Shown here piece by piece: positions 18,897-28,210 of a DNA stretch of 58,985 bases. This DNA is from Burkholderiales bacterium (lineage in GTDB: Bacteria > Pseudomonadota > Gammaproteobacteria > Burkholderiales > Ga0077523). The position numbers and the translations under genes are program-made. Position 1 is the first letter of the stretch. Each line of letters starts with the position of its first letter. The notes beneath the pieces were generated by a model. It was given only the letters and a program-made list of their open reading frames with translations, was not told the DNA's origin and searched no databases. The stretch covers positions 1-58,985 of the forward strand of contig JBIIUM010000004.1 of assembly GCA_044339985.1 (NCBI GenBank). Direction: 5' to 3'.

Positions 18897-19472
18897 TCAG
18901 ACGCTCTCGATCATTTGCAGCACCCGGTCCAGCCGTGCGGTGGCGTCGTTGGATACCAGCAGGCGCTGTTTTTCCAGCAGTTCAACGGGCAACAGTTCCA
19001 CCAGCCGGTAAGACAGCCAGGAGGCATCCTGGAAGTGGTGGGGCGGCGGATACTCTTCTCCCAGGCGCTCGATCAACTCGCGCGCCAGTCGCGCGCAGGG
19101 GGCGTGGCGCTCGGCCACGGGTGCCACGGGCTCGGCGTCGAGCAGCGCCACCTCCCCCAGCAGCAGGCCGTCTTGGGCAACGCGCGTGGACAGCAGCCGG
19201 AAGCGGCGCACGCCGCGGGTGCGAAGCTCGAAAATGCCCAGTTGCGGCATGTCCCAGTGCTCGATGTGCGCCACGCAACCCACTTCGCTGGGCATGGCGG
19301 GCCCACCCACCTCACGACCTTCACTGATCAGGCATACCCCGAAGCCGGTGCCGTCCCGCAGACAAGCCTTGGTCATGGCCAGATAGCGCTGCTCGAAGAT
19401 GCGCAGCGCCAGGAGCCCGCCCGGAAACAGGACCGTGTTGAGGGGGAAGATCGGCAGGTGTTCGCCAGGCAT
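18897..19472 (-). CDS. Stand-alone LON peptidase N-terminal (substrate-binding) domain protein
   Basis: LPIFPLNTVLFPGGLLALRIFEQRY...FGVCLI...EVGCVAHI...KQRLL; start at ATG 19472. Confidence 0.88.
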   Translation of the reverse strand: MPGEHLPIFPLNTVLFPGGLLALRIFEQRYLAMTKACLRDGTGFGVCLISEGREVGGPAMPSEVGCVAHIEHWDMPQLGIFELRTRGVRRFRLLSTRVAQDGLLLGEVALLDAEPVAPVAERHAPCARLARELIERLGEEYPPPHHFQDASWLSYRLVELLPVELLEKQRLLVSNDATARLDRVLQMIESV

Positions 19473-19482
19473 GGTGCTTCGC

Positions 19483-20109
19483 TCAGGGCTCCACCGGGGG
19501 TTCGCCCCAGCGGCGCACCAGGTCGTGAGGCATGCCGATCTGGTCGAGCACCCGCGCCACCACGAAGTCAACGATCTCCTGCACGCTGCGCGGCTGGTGG
19601 TAGAAGCCGGGGTTGGCGGGCAGGACGATGGCGCCGGCGCGCTGCAGCCGCAGCATGTTCTCCAGGTGGATGGCCGAGAAGGGCGTCTCGCGCGGCACCA
19701 GCACCAGCCGGCGCGACTCCTTGAGCATCACGTCCGCGGCGCGCTCGATGAGCGTGTCGGCAAGCCCTGCGGCGATGGCCGCCAGGGTGCCCATGGAACA
19801 CGGGCAGATGACCATGGCATCGGCCGGGTTGGAGCCCGAGGCGAGCGGCGCGAACCAGTCCTCGCGGCCGAACACCTCGAGCTGGCCGTCGGCGGCGCCG
19901 AAGGCCTCGGTGAAGTGGCGTTGCGCCTCGCGGGGTTGCGCGGGGAGCTTGAGGCCCAGTTCCTGACGCGCCACCACCTGCGCCACTTGCGAGTAGATGA
20001 GCCACACCCGCGCGCCACCGCGCAGCAACTGCTCCAGAAGCCGGATGCCATAGGCCATGCCCGAGGCGCCGGTGAGCGCCACGGCAACGGTGCGCGGTGC
20101 GGCACTCAT
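19483..20109 (-). CDS. ubiX: Flavin prenyltransferase
   Basis: VALTGASG, APLASGS, PCSMGTL, RAADVMLKE, PRETP, PANPGFY; start at ATG 20109. Confidence 0.95.
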   Translation of the reverse strand: MSAAPRTVAVALTGASGMAYGIRLLEQLLRGGARVWLIYSQVAQVVARQELGLKLPAQPREAQRHFTEAFGAADGQLEVFGREDWFAPLASGSNPADAMVICPCSMGTLAAIAAGLADTLIERAADVMLKESRRLVLVPRETPFSAIHLENMLRLQRAGAIVLPANPGFYHQPRSVQEIVDFVVARVLDQIGMPHDLVRRWGEPPVEP

Positions 20110-20699
20110 TGGGCGGTGGCCTCGGGTGGTTCCGCAGGCCGGACCGCGGCAGCCGCCTCTCCTCGCAGCTTCGAAACCAGCGCGTCGAGGCGCTCGACCT
20201 CGGCCTTGAGCGCTTCGAGTTCGCGCTTTTTCGCGGCAAGCTGGGCCTCGTCGCGCGCCAGGTCCGCCTCGCGCTTGCGCTTGGCTTCGGCCAGCGCGCA
20301 CATCACCTCCAAAAACCGATCACCAACCGTTTCGGGCACGACCGGGGCGGCCTCCGCCTCCGGCTGCGTGCTGCTTTCCACCAGCGTGCCCTCCTCCGCC
20401 AGCAATTGCCAGGCAAGGGCACGCAGCGTATGGTCGCGGCAGGACACTCGCTCGCGATAGATGGCCATGCGCACCATGCCGCCGCGGGCGCGTACGGGGC
20501 GCTCAAACACCACTTTGCGCCAGTAGGTCACGTCATCACCGGCGACGGAAACCTTGGTGCGGTCGTAGAAGTGCTGGTCGGCGCCGCTGGCGGAAACGCG
20601 CAACCACTCCGCGGCCGTGGCGCCTTGCCAGGGGAACAGCGCTGCCGCCGCACCTGCAGCAAGCAGCCGCCGCGCGTATCCGGGGCGCCGCTCAGGCAT
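20106..20699 (-). CDS. Exported protein, surface-adhesin E-like domain plus C-terminal coiled coil
   Basis: Signal [21 protein letters not shown], then EWLRV...FYDRTKV...YWRKV...VSC...[16 protein letters not shown]; heptad-rich tail; overlaps both neighbours. Confidence 0.6.
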   Translation of the reverse strand: MPERRPGYARRLLAAGAAAALFPWQGATAAEWLRVSASGADQHFYDRTKVSVAGDDVTYWRKVVFERPVRARGGMVRMAIYRERVSCRDHTLRALAWQLLAEEGTLVESSTQPEAEAAPVVPETVGDRFLEVMCALAEAKRKREADLARDEAQLAAKKRELEALKAEVERLDALVSKLRGEAAAAVRPAEPPEATAQ

Positions 20700-21537
20700 C
20701 GGCGAGCTCGCGGTGTCGCAGCATCACCGGGCGCCCACCGCCGAAGTGACGTGACAGAGACTCGGCGAAGTACACCGACCGGTGACGCCCGCCTGTGCAG
20801 CCGATGGCCACGGTGAGATAGCTGCGGTTGTCGCGTACAAAGCATGGAAGCCAGCGCTCGATGAAGTCGCGAATGTGCTGCAACATGGCCATGGCGTTGT
20901 GGTCGGCTTCGAGAAAGGCGGCCACGGGCGCATCGCGGCCGGTGAGGGGTCTCAGCCGCGGATCGTAGTGGGGGTTGGGCAGGCAACGCACGTCGAACAC
21001 GAAATCCGCGTCCAGCGGGATGCCGTGCTTGAAGCCGAAGGACTGGAACAGCAAGGTGAGATCGGCGGCTGCCTGCAGGCTGACGAACTCGCGCACCCAG
21101 CGGCGCAGCGTGCCCGCCGCGAGGTCGCTGGTGTCGATGCGGTGGCCGATGTCCACCAGCGGCTGGAGCAGGATGCGCTCGCGCTCGATGCACTCGGTAA
21201 GGGTGAGGCGGCCATCGGAGAGGGGATGGCGGCGGCGTGTTTCCGAGAATCGCTTCACCAGCGTGTCGGTCTTGGCATCGAGGAACAACACCTTGATGTC
21301 GTTCACCCGCCCGGAAAGAGCCTCGCGCTGGCGCGGCACCTCGCCCAGGCCATCGCCGCTGCGCACGTCGACACTCACCGCCACCCGGTCGTAGCCGGAG
21401 GTCTGGAGAAACTGCACCAGCTCCACCAGCAGCCGGGCGGGGAGGTTGTCCACCACGTAGAAGCCGGCGTCCTCGAGGACGTTCAGGGCAATGCTCTTGC
21501 CCGACCCCGAAAGCCCGCTGATCAGCACCAGCTGCAT
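20692..21537 (-). CDS. rapZ: RNase adapter protein
   Basis: [53 protein letters not shown]. Confidence 0.96.
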   Translation of the reverse strand: MQLVLISGLSGSGKSIALNVLEDAGFYVVDNLPARLLVELVQFLQTSGYDRVAVSVDVRSGDGLGEVPRQREALSGRVNDIKVLFLDAKTDTLVKRFSETRRRHPLSDGRLTLTECIERERILLQPLVDIGHRIDTSDLAAGTLRRWVREFVSLQAAADLTLLFQSFGFKHGIPLDADFVFDVRCLPNPHYDPRLRPLTGRDAPVAAFLEADHNAMAMLQHIRDFIERWLPCFVRDNRSYLTVAIGCTGGRHRSVYFAESLSRHFGGGRPVMLRHRELADA

Positions 21538-21581
21538 GGCGAAGGCCGGAGCTCAAGACCCGCCGAGGCCGGCGAGCGCGC

Positions 21582-22538
21582 TCACGACGGCTCCTCGGGC
21601 GTGCCGGAGTCCATCTGCTGCTCCTGGCGGCGGATGAAGTCTTGCGTGCTGTCGATGCCGCGCAGCTGCAGCACGTAGTTGCGCACCGCCGCCTCCACGA
21701 GCACGGCGAGGTTGCGTCCCGCAGCCACCGGCAGCTGCACCTTGCGCACGGACACACCCATGATCTCCTCGGAACTGGCGTTCAACGGCAGGCGGTCGAG
21801 ACCGGGAAACTGGCCTCCCACCGGGCGCTCGAGCTGCACGATGAGCTTGAGGTTCTTGCGCTGGCGCACCGCGGTCTCGCCGAAGATGGTGCGGATGTTG
21901 AGCATGCCCAGGCCGCGTACTTCGAGGAAGTCCTTGAGCAGTTCGGGGCAGCGCCCTTCGAGGGTTTGCGGGGCGATGTGGTAGAGCTCGGTCACATCGT
22001 CGGCCACCAGCCCGCTGCCGCGGGTGATGAGTTCCAGCGCGAGCTCGCTCTTGCCCACGCCGCTGTCGCCGGTGATCAGCACGCCCATGCCCAGCACGTC
22101 CAGCATCACCCCGTGGCGGGTGACGAATTCCGCCAGCACCCGCCCCAGGTAGGTACGCAGCACCCAGATGATCTGCAGGCTGGGCAGCGGCGAGGACAAC
22201 ATGGGCACATTGAGCGCCGAGGACAGGCTCGCCAGCACATCTGGGGCATGCTCGCCGTCGCTCAGGATCAGGCAGGCCATGCCGCTCGCGGAGAGATAGT
22301 CGAGAAGCTGCCGGCGGGTGTCCTCGTCGAGGCTTTGCAGGTACTCGGCCTCGGTGTGGCTGAAGATCTGGATCCAGTTCGGATGGATGAAGTTGAGGTG
22401 CCCCGTGAGGCCCTTGCTCGAACCGCTGATCCGCTGGGAGTCGAGCACCGGGCAGGTGGACCGGTCGCCCTGCAACCATGCGAGCTTGAGCTCCGAGCGG
22501 TTGTCGTCAAACAGCTGTGCGATGCTGACCTGGGGCAT
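21582..22538 (-). CDS. hprK: HPr kinase/phosphorylase
   Basis: HGVMLDV...GVLITGDSGVGKSELALELI...LVADD...LEVRGLG...PVAAGRN; start at ATG 22538. Confidence 0.95.
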   Translation of the reverse strand: MPQVSIAQLFDDNRSELKLAWLQGDRSTCPVLDSQRISGSSKGLTGHLNFIHPNWIQIFSHTEAEYLQSLDEDTRRQLLDYLSASGMACLILSDGEHAPDVLASLSSALNVPMLSSPLPSLQIIWVLRTYLGRVLAEFVTRHGVMLDVLGMGVLITGDSGVGKSELALELITRGSGLVADDVTELYHIAPQTLEGRCPELLKDFLEVRGLGMLNIRTIFGETAVRQRKNLKLIVQLERPVGGQFPGLDRLPLNASSEEIMGVSVRKVQLPVAAGRNLAVLVEAAVRNYVLQLRGIDSTQDFIRRQEQQMDSGTPEEPS

Positions 22539-22992
22539 GGGGTTCCCAAACGGCGATGATGTGTTGCAGGTCGGCCGCCCTGGCGGCCGCGCACAGCCGT
22601 GCCCGCATGTCGCGATCACTGAACATCTCGGCCAGCTCAGAGAGAATCTGCAAGTGCAGGTCGGTGGCCTTCTCGGGCACGAGCAACACGTACACGAGAT
22701 TGACCGGATTGCCGTCTGGCGCCTCGAAGGGGATCGGCTGGCGGATGCGCACGAATGCTCCGGCGGCTTCCTTGAGACCCTTCACGCGGCCGTGGGGCAC
22801 CGCCACGCCATGCCCCAACCCCGTGGAGCCCAGGCGCTCGCGGGCGAACAGGCTGTCATACACCGTGGAACGGGATATGCCGATGGAGTTTTCAAACAGC
22901 AGGCTGGCGTGCTCGAACACGCGCTTCTTGCTGGCCACGTCGAGGTTGTCGATGACGCGTTCCAGGGGCAGCAGGCGGGACAGCAGGCTCAT
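22507..22992 (-). CDS. ptsN: PTS EIIA(Ntr)
   Basis: SKKRVFE, ARERLGSTGLGHGVAVPHGR, HLQILSELA; start at ATG 22992. Confidence 0.95.
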   Translation of the reverse strand: MSLLSRLLPLERVIDNLDVASKKRVFEHASLLFENSIGISRSTVYDSLFARERLGSTGLGHGVAVPHGRVKGLKEAAGAFVRIRQPIPFEAPDGNPVNLVYVLLVPEKATDLHLQILSELAEMFSDRDMRARLCAAARAADLQHIIAVWEPHAPGQHRTAV

Positions 22993-23023
22993 GGGGAACG
23001 GAGGGCGGCGATAGCGCGGGCGA

Positions 23024-24553
23024 TCAGAGCGCCTTGCGCAGGTTGACCGGCAGAATCTGCAGCGACTCGCGGTACTTGGCAATGGTGCGGCGGGCCACCA
23101 CGATGCCCTGCTTGCCCAGGATCTCGGAGATCTGGCTGTCGGATAACGGCCGATGCGAGTCTTCCTCTCCCACCATCTGCTTGATGAGCGCGCGGATGGC
23201 CGTCGCGGAGCATGCGCCGCCGGTATCGGTGGCCACGTGGCTGCCGAAGAAATACTTCAGCTCGAAGATGCCGCGCGGCGTGAGCATGAATTTCTGGGTG
23301 GTCACGCGCGAGATGGTGGACTCATGCAGGCCCAGCAGGTCGGCGATCTCGCGCAGCACCAACGGCCGCATGGCAACCTCGCCATGCTCGAAGAAGTGGC
23401 GCTGGCGGTCCACGATGCATTGGGACACCCTCAGGATGGTGTCGAAGCGCTGCTGGACGTTCTTGATGAGCCACTTCGCCTCCTGCAACTGGCTGGAGAG
23501 CTGCTGGTGGCTGGCGTCACGGTTACGCGACAGGATGTCGGCATACAGGCGGTTTACGCGCAGCCGAGGCATGGCGTCGGGGTTGAGCGACGCCAGCCAC
23601 ATGCCCTTCACCTTGCGCACGATCACGTCGGCCACCACGTAGCGCGCCTCGTCGCGGGAGTAACGAGACCCGGGCCTGGGGTCCAGCCCGGTGATCACCC
23701 GCTGTACTTCCCGCAAGGTGTCCTGGTCGCACTTCAGCACCCGCTTGAGGCGCGCGAAATCGCGTGCCGCCAGGGCATCGAGGTGGTCGCGCACCACTGT
23801 CAGCGCCAGACTCCGGTATGGCATCTCGACCGGCATCGCGCGCAGTTGCAACTCGAGACATTCGGCAAGGCTGCGGGCGCCGACCCCGGCGGGCTCGAGC
23901 TGCTGCACGTGGCGCAGGGCCACCAGCAGATCGTCCTCGTCCGCCTGCAGGTCCGCGGGCAGCGCCTCCGCGAGTTCAGTGAGGTCGGTCTTCAGGTAGC
24001 CGTCGTCATCCAGGGAATCCACGATGGCCCCGGCGAGCTGCTTGTCATGCGAGGGCAGCGGCACCATGTTGAGCTGCCAGAGCAGGTGTTCCCGCAGGCT
24101 GGTGGCGCCAGCGGCCGTCTGCGGGTAGTCGCCATCCTCGCCCTCGGGCGGCTGACTGCCGCCGTAGCTGCCTTCGTCCGTCCAGTCGGGCTCCTCGGGC
24201 CGATCGGCCTCGGCCGATGCAGCGGCCGAGCCGGCAGCCTCGGGCAACTCGGGCCGCGACTCGTCGAAATCGTCCATGGTCGAGTCGGGGGCGCCGCCGC
24301 TGTCGGACGGGCTATCGCCACCAGCGGAAGCCTCTGCAGCGCCTTCGGGCTGACCTTCGCCGGGCGCGCCCGAGCCGCTGCCCGCGGCGTCGTCGTCGTC
24401 GTCGTCGCGTTCGAGCAGCGGATTTTCCTGCAGGAACTTTTCCAGTTCCTGGTTGAGCTCGAGCGTGGATAGCTGGAGAAGCCTGATCGACTGCTGCAGC
24501 TGAGGCGTGAGCGTCAGGTGCTGCGACAGCTTGAGCTGCAGGGAGGGCTTCAT
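23024..24553 (-). CDS. rpoN: RNA polymerase sigma-54 factor
   Basis: LTLTPQLQQSIRLLQL region I, HESTISRVT, RpoN box ARRTIAKYR. Confidence 0.98.
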   Translation of the reverse strand: MKPSLQLKLSQHLTLTPQLQQSIRLLQLSTLELNQELEKFLQENPLLERDDDDDDAAGSGSGAPGEGQPEGAAEASAGGDSPSDSGGAPDSTMDDFDESRPELPEAAGSAAASAEADRPEEPDWTDEGSYGGSQPPEGEDGDYPQTAAGATSLREHLLWQLNMVPLPSHDKQLAGAIVDSLDDDGYLKTDLTELAEALPADLQADEDDLLVALRHVQQLEPAGVGARSLAECLELQLRAMPVEMPYRSLALTVVRDHLDALAARDFARLKRVLKCDQDTLREVQRVITGLDPRPGSRYSRDEARYVVADVIVRKVKGMWLASLNPDAMPRLRVNRLYADILSRNRDASHQQLSSQLQEAKWLIKNVQQRFDTILRVSQCIVDRQRHFFEHGEVAMRPLVLREIADLLGLHESTISRVTTQKFMLTPRGIFELKYFFGSHVATDTGGACSATAIRALIKQMVGEEDSHRPLSDSQISEILGKQGIVVARRTIAKYRESLQILPVNLRKAL

Positions 24554-24630
24554 GGAAAACCGCCGCGGGCGCGGTGAAGCGCGACGAAACCTATGGGGAG
24601 GGGAACGAGAATCGGGCCATGGACTGCCGC

Positions 24631-25380
24631 CTATAGCTTGAAATGCTCGCCCAGATAGACTTTTCGCACCGCTTCATTATAGACGATCTCCTCTGGATGA
24701 CCGTATGCCAGGACCGAGCCGTCGTTGATGATGTAGGCCCGGTCACATATGCCGAGCGTCTCGCGCACATTGTGGTCGGTGATCAGCACGCCGATGCCGC
24801 GATCCTTGAGGAAGCGGATGATGCGTTGAATCTCGATCACGGCAATTGGGTCCACGCCCGCGAAGGGTTCGTCCAGCAGGATGAAGCGCGGATCGCTGGC
24901 GAGTGCCCGGGCGATCTCGACGCGCCGCCGCTCGCCCCCGGAAAGGCTCACCGCCGGGCTGTTGCGAAGGTGCGAGACGTGAAGGTCCATGAGTAGCGCA
25001 TCGAGGCGCTCTCCTACCCGCGTTGTTGGCAGATTGCCCAGTTCGAGCACGGCGCGGATGTTCTCGGCCACCGTGAGCTTCCGGAAGATGGAGGGTTCCT
25101 GGGGGAGGTAGGACAGCCCGAGGCGTGCCCGCTTGTGGATGGGCAGGCGGCTCACGTTGCGACCGTCGAGGAAAATCTCGCCGCCATCGAGCGGCACCAG
25201 TCCCACCATCATGTAGAAGCAGGTGGTCTTGCCCGCACCGTTGGGCCCCAGCAGCCCAACCACCTCGCCGCTGCGCACCTCCAGCGACACGTCCCTGACA
25301 ACGGTGCGGGCGCGATAGCGTTTGGCCAGCGAAGCCGCGCGCAGTTCCGACACAGCGGCGCCTGCGCCGGGGGCGTTCAC
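24631..25380 (-). CDS. lptB: LPS export ABC ATPase
   Basis: [52 protein letters not shown]. Confidence 0.96.
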   Translation of the reverse strand: MNAPGAGAAVSELRAASLAKRYRARTVVRDVSLEVRSGEVVGLLGPNGAGKTTCFYMMVGLVPLDGGEIFLDGRNVSRLPIHKRARLGLSYLPQEPSIFRKLTVAENIRAVLELGNLPTTRVGERLDALLMDLHVSHLRNSPAVSLSGGERRRVEIARALASDPRFILLDEPFAGVDPIAVIEIQRIIRFLKDRGIGVLITDHNVRETLGICDRAYIINDGSVLAYGHPEEIVYNEAVRKVYLGEHFKL

Positions 25381-26000
25381 CGGGTGCCGCCCGAGAGATC
25401 AGGGGCGGGCTTCAGTACGCTGCCCCCGGATGCGGAACCGGGCACGCCTTCGCCGGGCTTGGCCTTGGGCTGAATCACAGCCCGTACCCGCCCGCCGCCC
25501 TGGCCAGCGGGCGCGCTGGTGCCGCCGGCATTGCCATGGACCTGGAAGAATTCGGTGGTGGCGTTGTAGGAGATGTAGTCGCCGCGCACTTCGTCACCGC
25601 CTTTGGTGAGGTGGGCCGCGTTGAACATCTGCACCAGGTCTTTCTTGCCGTCGTATTCCAGGCGCTCGGCAAACCCGTCCACGTACTCGTCTACGCCGTC
25701 GCGCTTCTGGCGAAACGTTGCCGGGCGGCCCCATGCCACGCCGTAGCTGAAGCCTTCGGCATCCTGGCGCACCACCACCCGGTCACCGCGCAGCCGCAGG
25801 GTTCCCTGTGTGATCACCACGTTGCCTTCGAACACCGATTCTTTCTTCGCATCATCCACCAGCATGCGGTCTGCTTCGATGTTGAGCGGTTTCTGGCGGT
25901 CGGCCTTTTCGGCCGCAGCTGAAAAGGCCGCCAGGGCAAGCATGCCCGCGAAAAGCGCTTCAGCGGCGCGGGTCGAGCGGAGAAGCGGTGGGACCGTCAT
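25377..26000 (-). CDS. lptA: LPS transport periplasmic protein
   Basis: [44 protein letters not shown]; lies between lptC and lptB. Confidence 0.93.
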   Translation of the reverse strand: MTVPPLLRSTRAAEALFAGMLALAAFSAAAEKADRQKPLNIEADRMLVDDAKKESVFEGNVVITQGTLRLRGDRVVVRQDAEGFSYGVAWGRPATFRQKRDGVDEYVDGFAERLEYDGKKDLVQMFNAAHLTKGGDEVRGDYISYNATTEFFQVHGNAGGTSAPAGQGGGRVRAVIQPKAKPGEGVPGSASGGSVLKPAPDLSGGTR

Positions 26001-26568
26001 ATTGGACCTTCACGTTTGACAGCATCTTCAGGGTCCTGGCGCGGTTGTTGAATTCCATGCCCACACCGTCTGCTTGCAGCGTGCCGCGGGTCAGGGTGAC
26101 GGGCTTGTCGGTGCGCGCGAGGTCCTGGTCGGGGATGAGGTGCAGAAACTCGGTGGCCAGATGCAGAGGCGGGGCATCGGCATAGGCAGCGCGCGAGATG
26201 CGCACCGCGCCGGTGAAGTAAACGTGTTCGCCGTTGCGCGACAGCAACGCCCGCCGCGCGGTTGCATGTACCGGCGCCGCGGGGGGCGCGTAATGGAAGA
26301 ATTCCGGCTCCTCCACCTGGGTGCTGTCGTCGTCGGGGTGGTGGACCATGCGCCGCCCGTTCAGGGCATGGCGGCGTGTGCCGTCGGGGTAGAGCTTCAC
26401 GGCCGCGAAATTCTCCATGATCATGTCCGGATCGTGGCGGCTGGTGCCATCTCTGGGCGGGGTGGGCGGGCGCACACGCTGGTCGAGCCAGCCGGTGAGC
26501 CCAGCCAACAGCGCCAGCAACAGCACCGGATACCAGCGTACGAGCCGGTCGGCCAGCGACGAGTTCAC
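25960..26568 (-). CDS. lptC: LPS export protein
   Basis: Single N-terminal TM segment, HDPD, HHPDDD, TDKPV, GVGM; conserved gene position. Confidence 0.9.
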   Translation of the reverse strand: MNSSLADRLVRWYPVLLLALLAGLTGWLDQRVRPPTPPRDGTSRHDPDMIMENFAAVKLYPDGTRRHALNGRRMVHHPDDDSTQVEEPEFFHYAPPAAPVHATARRALLSRNGEHVYFTGAVRISRAAYADAPPLHLATEFLHLIPDQDLARTDKPVTLTRGTLQADGVGMEFNNRARTLKMLSNVKVQYDGPTASPLDPRR

Positions 26569-27095
26569 ACCAGAAAGGCGGCCTGAGCCGCCTCCAGCCG
26601 CCCTTGGGCGCGAAGGATGTATTCGCAGGCCTCTCGGACTGCGCCGCGGCCGCCCGAAGCCGCGGTCACCAAGTGGGCGTGGCCGCGCACCAGGTCCGGC
26701 GCGTCGGGCACGGATATGGCAAGGCCGCAGCGACGCAGCACAGGCAAGTCGGGGAGATCGTCACCCATGTAGCTTGCCTCGGCCGGGTCGAGTCCGACTT
26801 CGGCGAGCAATTCCGCAAAGGCGGCAAGCTTGTCCTGCACCCCCTGGCGCAACAAGGCGATGCCAAGCTCCGCCGCGCGCAGTTCCACTGTCCGTGAGCG
26901 GCGGCCGGTGATGATGCCCAGCATCACGCCGCTGCCAGCCAGCATCTTCAGCCCCAGCCCGTCGAGAATGCTGAAGCCTTTGGATTCCCGGCCGGCGTCG
27001 TCGAGCCAGACGGTGCCATCAGTCAACACACCATCCACGTCAAAGGCCGCAAGACGGATCCGGCGTGCGCGCGCCTCTGGACTCGGACTCGTCAC
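26565..27095 (-). CDS. kdsC: KDO 8-phosphate phosphatase
   Basis: FDVDGVLTDG, IITGR, YMGDDLPD, GGRGAVRE. Confidence 0.95.
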   Translation of the reverse strand: MTSPSPEARARRIRLAAFDVDGVLTDGTVWLDDAGRESKGFSILDGLGLKMLAGSGVMLGIITGRRSRTVELRAAELGIALLRQGVQDKLAAFAELLAEVGLDPAEASYMGDDLPDLPVLRRCGLAISVPDAPDLVRGHAHLVTAASGGRGAVREACEYILRAQGRLEAAQAAFLV

Positions 27096-27104
27096 GGCGC
27101 TGGC

Positions 27105-28103
27105 CTATATGACCCGGGCACGGAACAGGTCGTGCATGTTGAGCGCGCCCACCAGGCGGCCCTGGTCCACCACCAGGAGACCGTTGATGCGTCGGCGGTC
27201 CATCTCCTCCACCGCCTCCACGGCCAGGCGCGAGGAGGCGATGGTGCACGGTGCGCGCGTCATCACCGCCGTCACCGGTGAGCCCAGCCCATGGCCGCTG
27301 GCCAGGGCGCGGCGCAGGTCGCCGTCCGTGAACAGCCCCGCCACCGCGCCGCCCGTGTCCAGCACCGCGGTCATGCCCATGCTCTTGCTGGTGATTTCGA
27401 ACAGCGCCTGCTCGATGGTGGCGGTGTCGGGCACTCGAGGCACCTGCTCGCCCGTGCGCATCACGTCGCCCACGTGGGTCAGCAGGCGGCGGCCCAGGGT
27501 GCCTCCCGGATGGGACCGCGCGAAATCCTCCGGACCAAAGCCGCGGGCCTCCAGGGCGGCCACTGCCAGGGCGTCTCCCAGGGCGAGGGCGGCGGTGGTG
27601 CTGGCGGTGGGCGCGAGCCCCAGCGGGCAAGCCTCCTCTGCCACCGCGGCATCCAGGTGAACATCGGCCTCGCGCGCCAGCGTCGAGGCGGCGTTTCCGG
27701 TGAGAGCCACCAGTCGCGCGCCGCGCCGCTTCACCAGCGGCACGATCGACAGCAGTTCGGCGCTTTCGCCCGAATTGGACAGCGCGATCATCACATCACC
27801 CGCGGTGATCATGCCCAGGTCGCCATGGCTCGCCTCGGCAGGGTGCACGAAAAAGGCGGGTGTGCCGGTGCTCGCCAGCGTGGCGGCGATCTTGCGCGCC
27901 ACGTGGCCGGACTTGCCCATGCCGGAGACCACCACTCGGCCAGTGCAGGTCAGCAGCAGTGCCAGCGCTTGGGAAAAACTGGCGTCCAAGCGCGCGGACA
28001 GCGCCGCCACGGCGCGCGCTTCGATGTCGAGCACGCGCCGGCCGGTGGCCAGCGCCTGCTCCGGCGCGAGCTGTCCAAGGGTGTTTCCGAGGGTGCCTGG
28101 CAT
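27105..28103 (-). CDS. kdsD: Arabinose-5-phosphate isomerase (KpsF/GutQ family, SIS + 2 CBS)
   Basis: GMGKSGH, STGTPAFFVHPAEASHGDLG, APTASTT, HPGGTLG. Start at ATG 28103, with a TATACT -10 element at 28113-28118 (minus). Confidence 0.95.
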   Translation of the reverse strand: MPGTLGNTLGQLAPEQALATGRRVLDIEARAVAALSARLDASFSQALALLLTCTGRVVVSGMGKSGHVARKIAATLASTGTPAFFVHPAEASHGDLGMITAGDVMIALSNSGESAELLSIVPLVKRRGARLVALTGNAASTLAREADVHLDAAVAEEACPLGLAPTASTTAALALGDALAVAALEARGFGPEDFARSHPGGTLGRRLLTHVGDVMRTGEQVPRVPDTATIEQALFEITSKSMGMTAVLDTGGAVAGLFTDGDLRRALASGHGLGSPVTAVMTRAPCTIASSRLAVEAVEEMDRRRINGLLVVDQGRLVGALNMHDLFRARVI

Positions 28104-28210
28104 GGAGCGCCGAGTATAGCGCGCACCCCCCGCGCGGCTCGCACAACACGTCATGGCGCAAGGGCCCAAGGGGCGCGTGTGCTAGATTCGAGAGAGCGCG
28201 CAGCCACGCC

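Noticed and set aside
24388-24408. (GTC)n trinucleotide repeat in rpoN
   Set aside because: Encodes the Asp run of the normal acidic, variable region II of sigma54.
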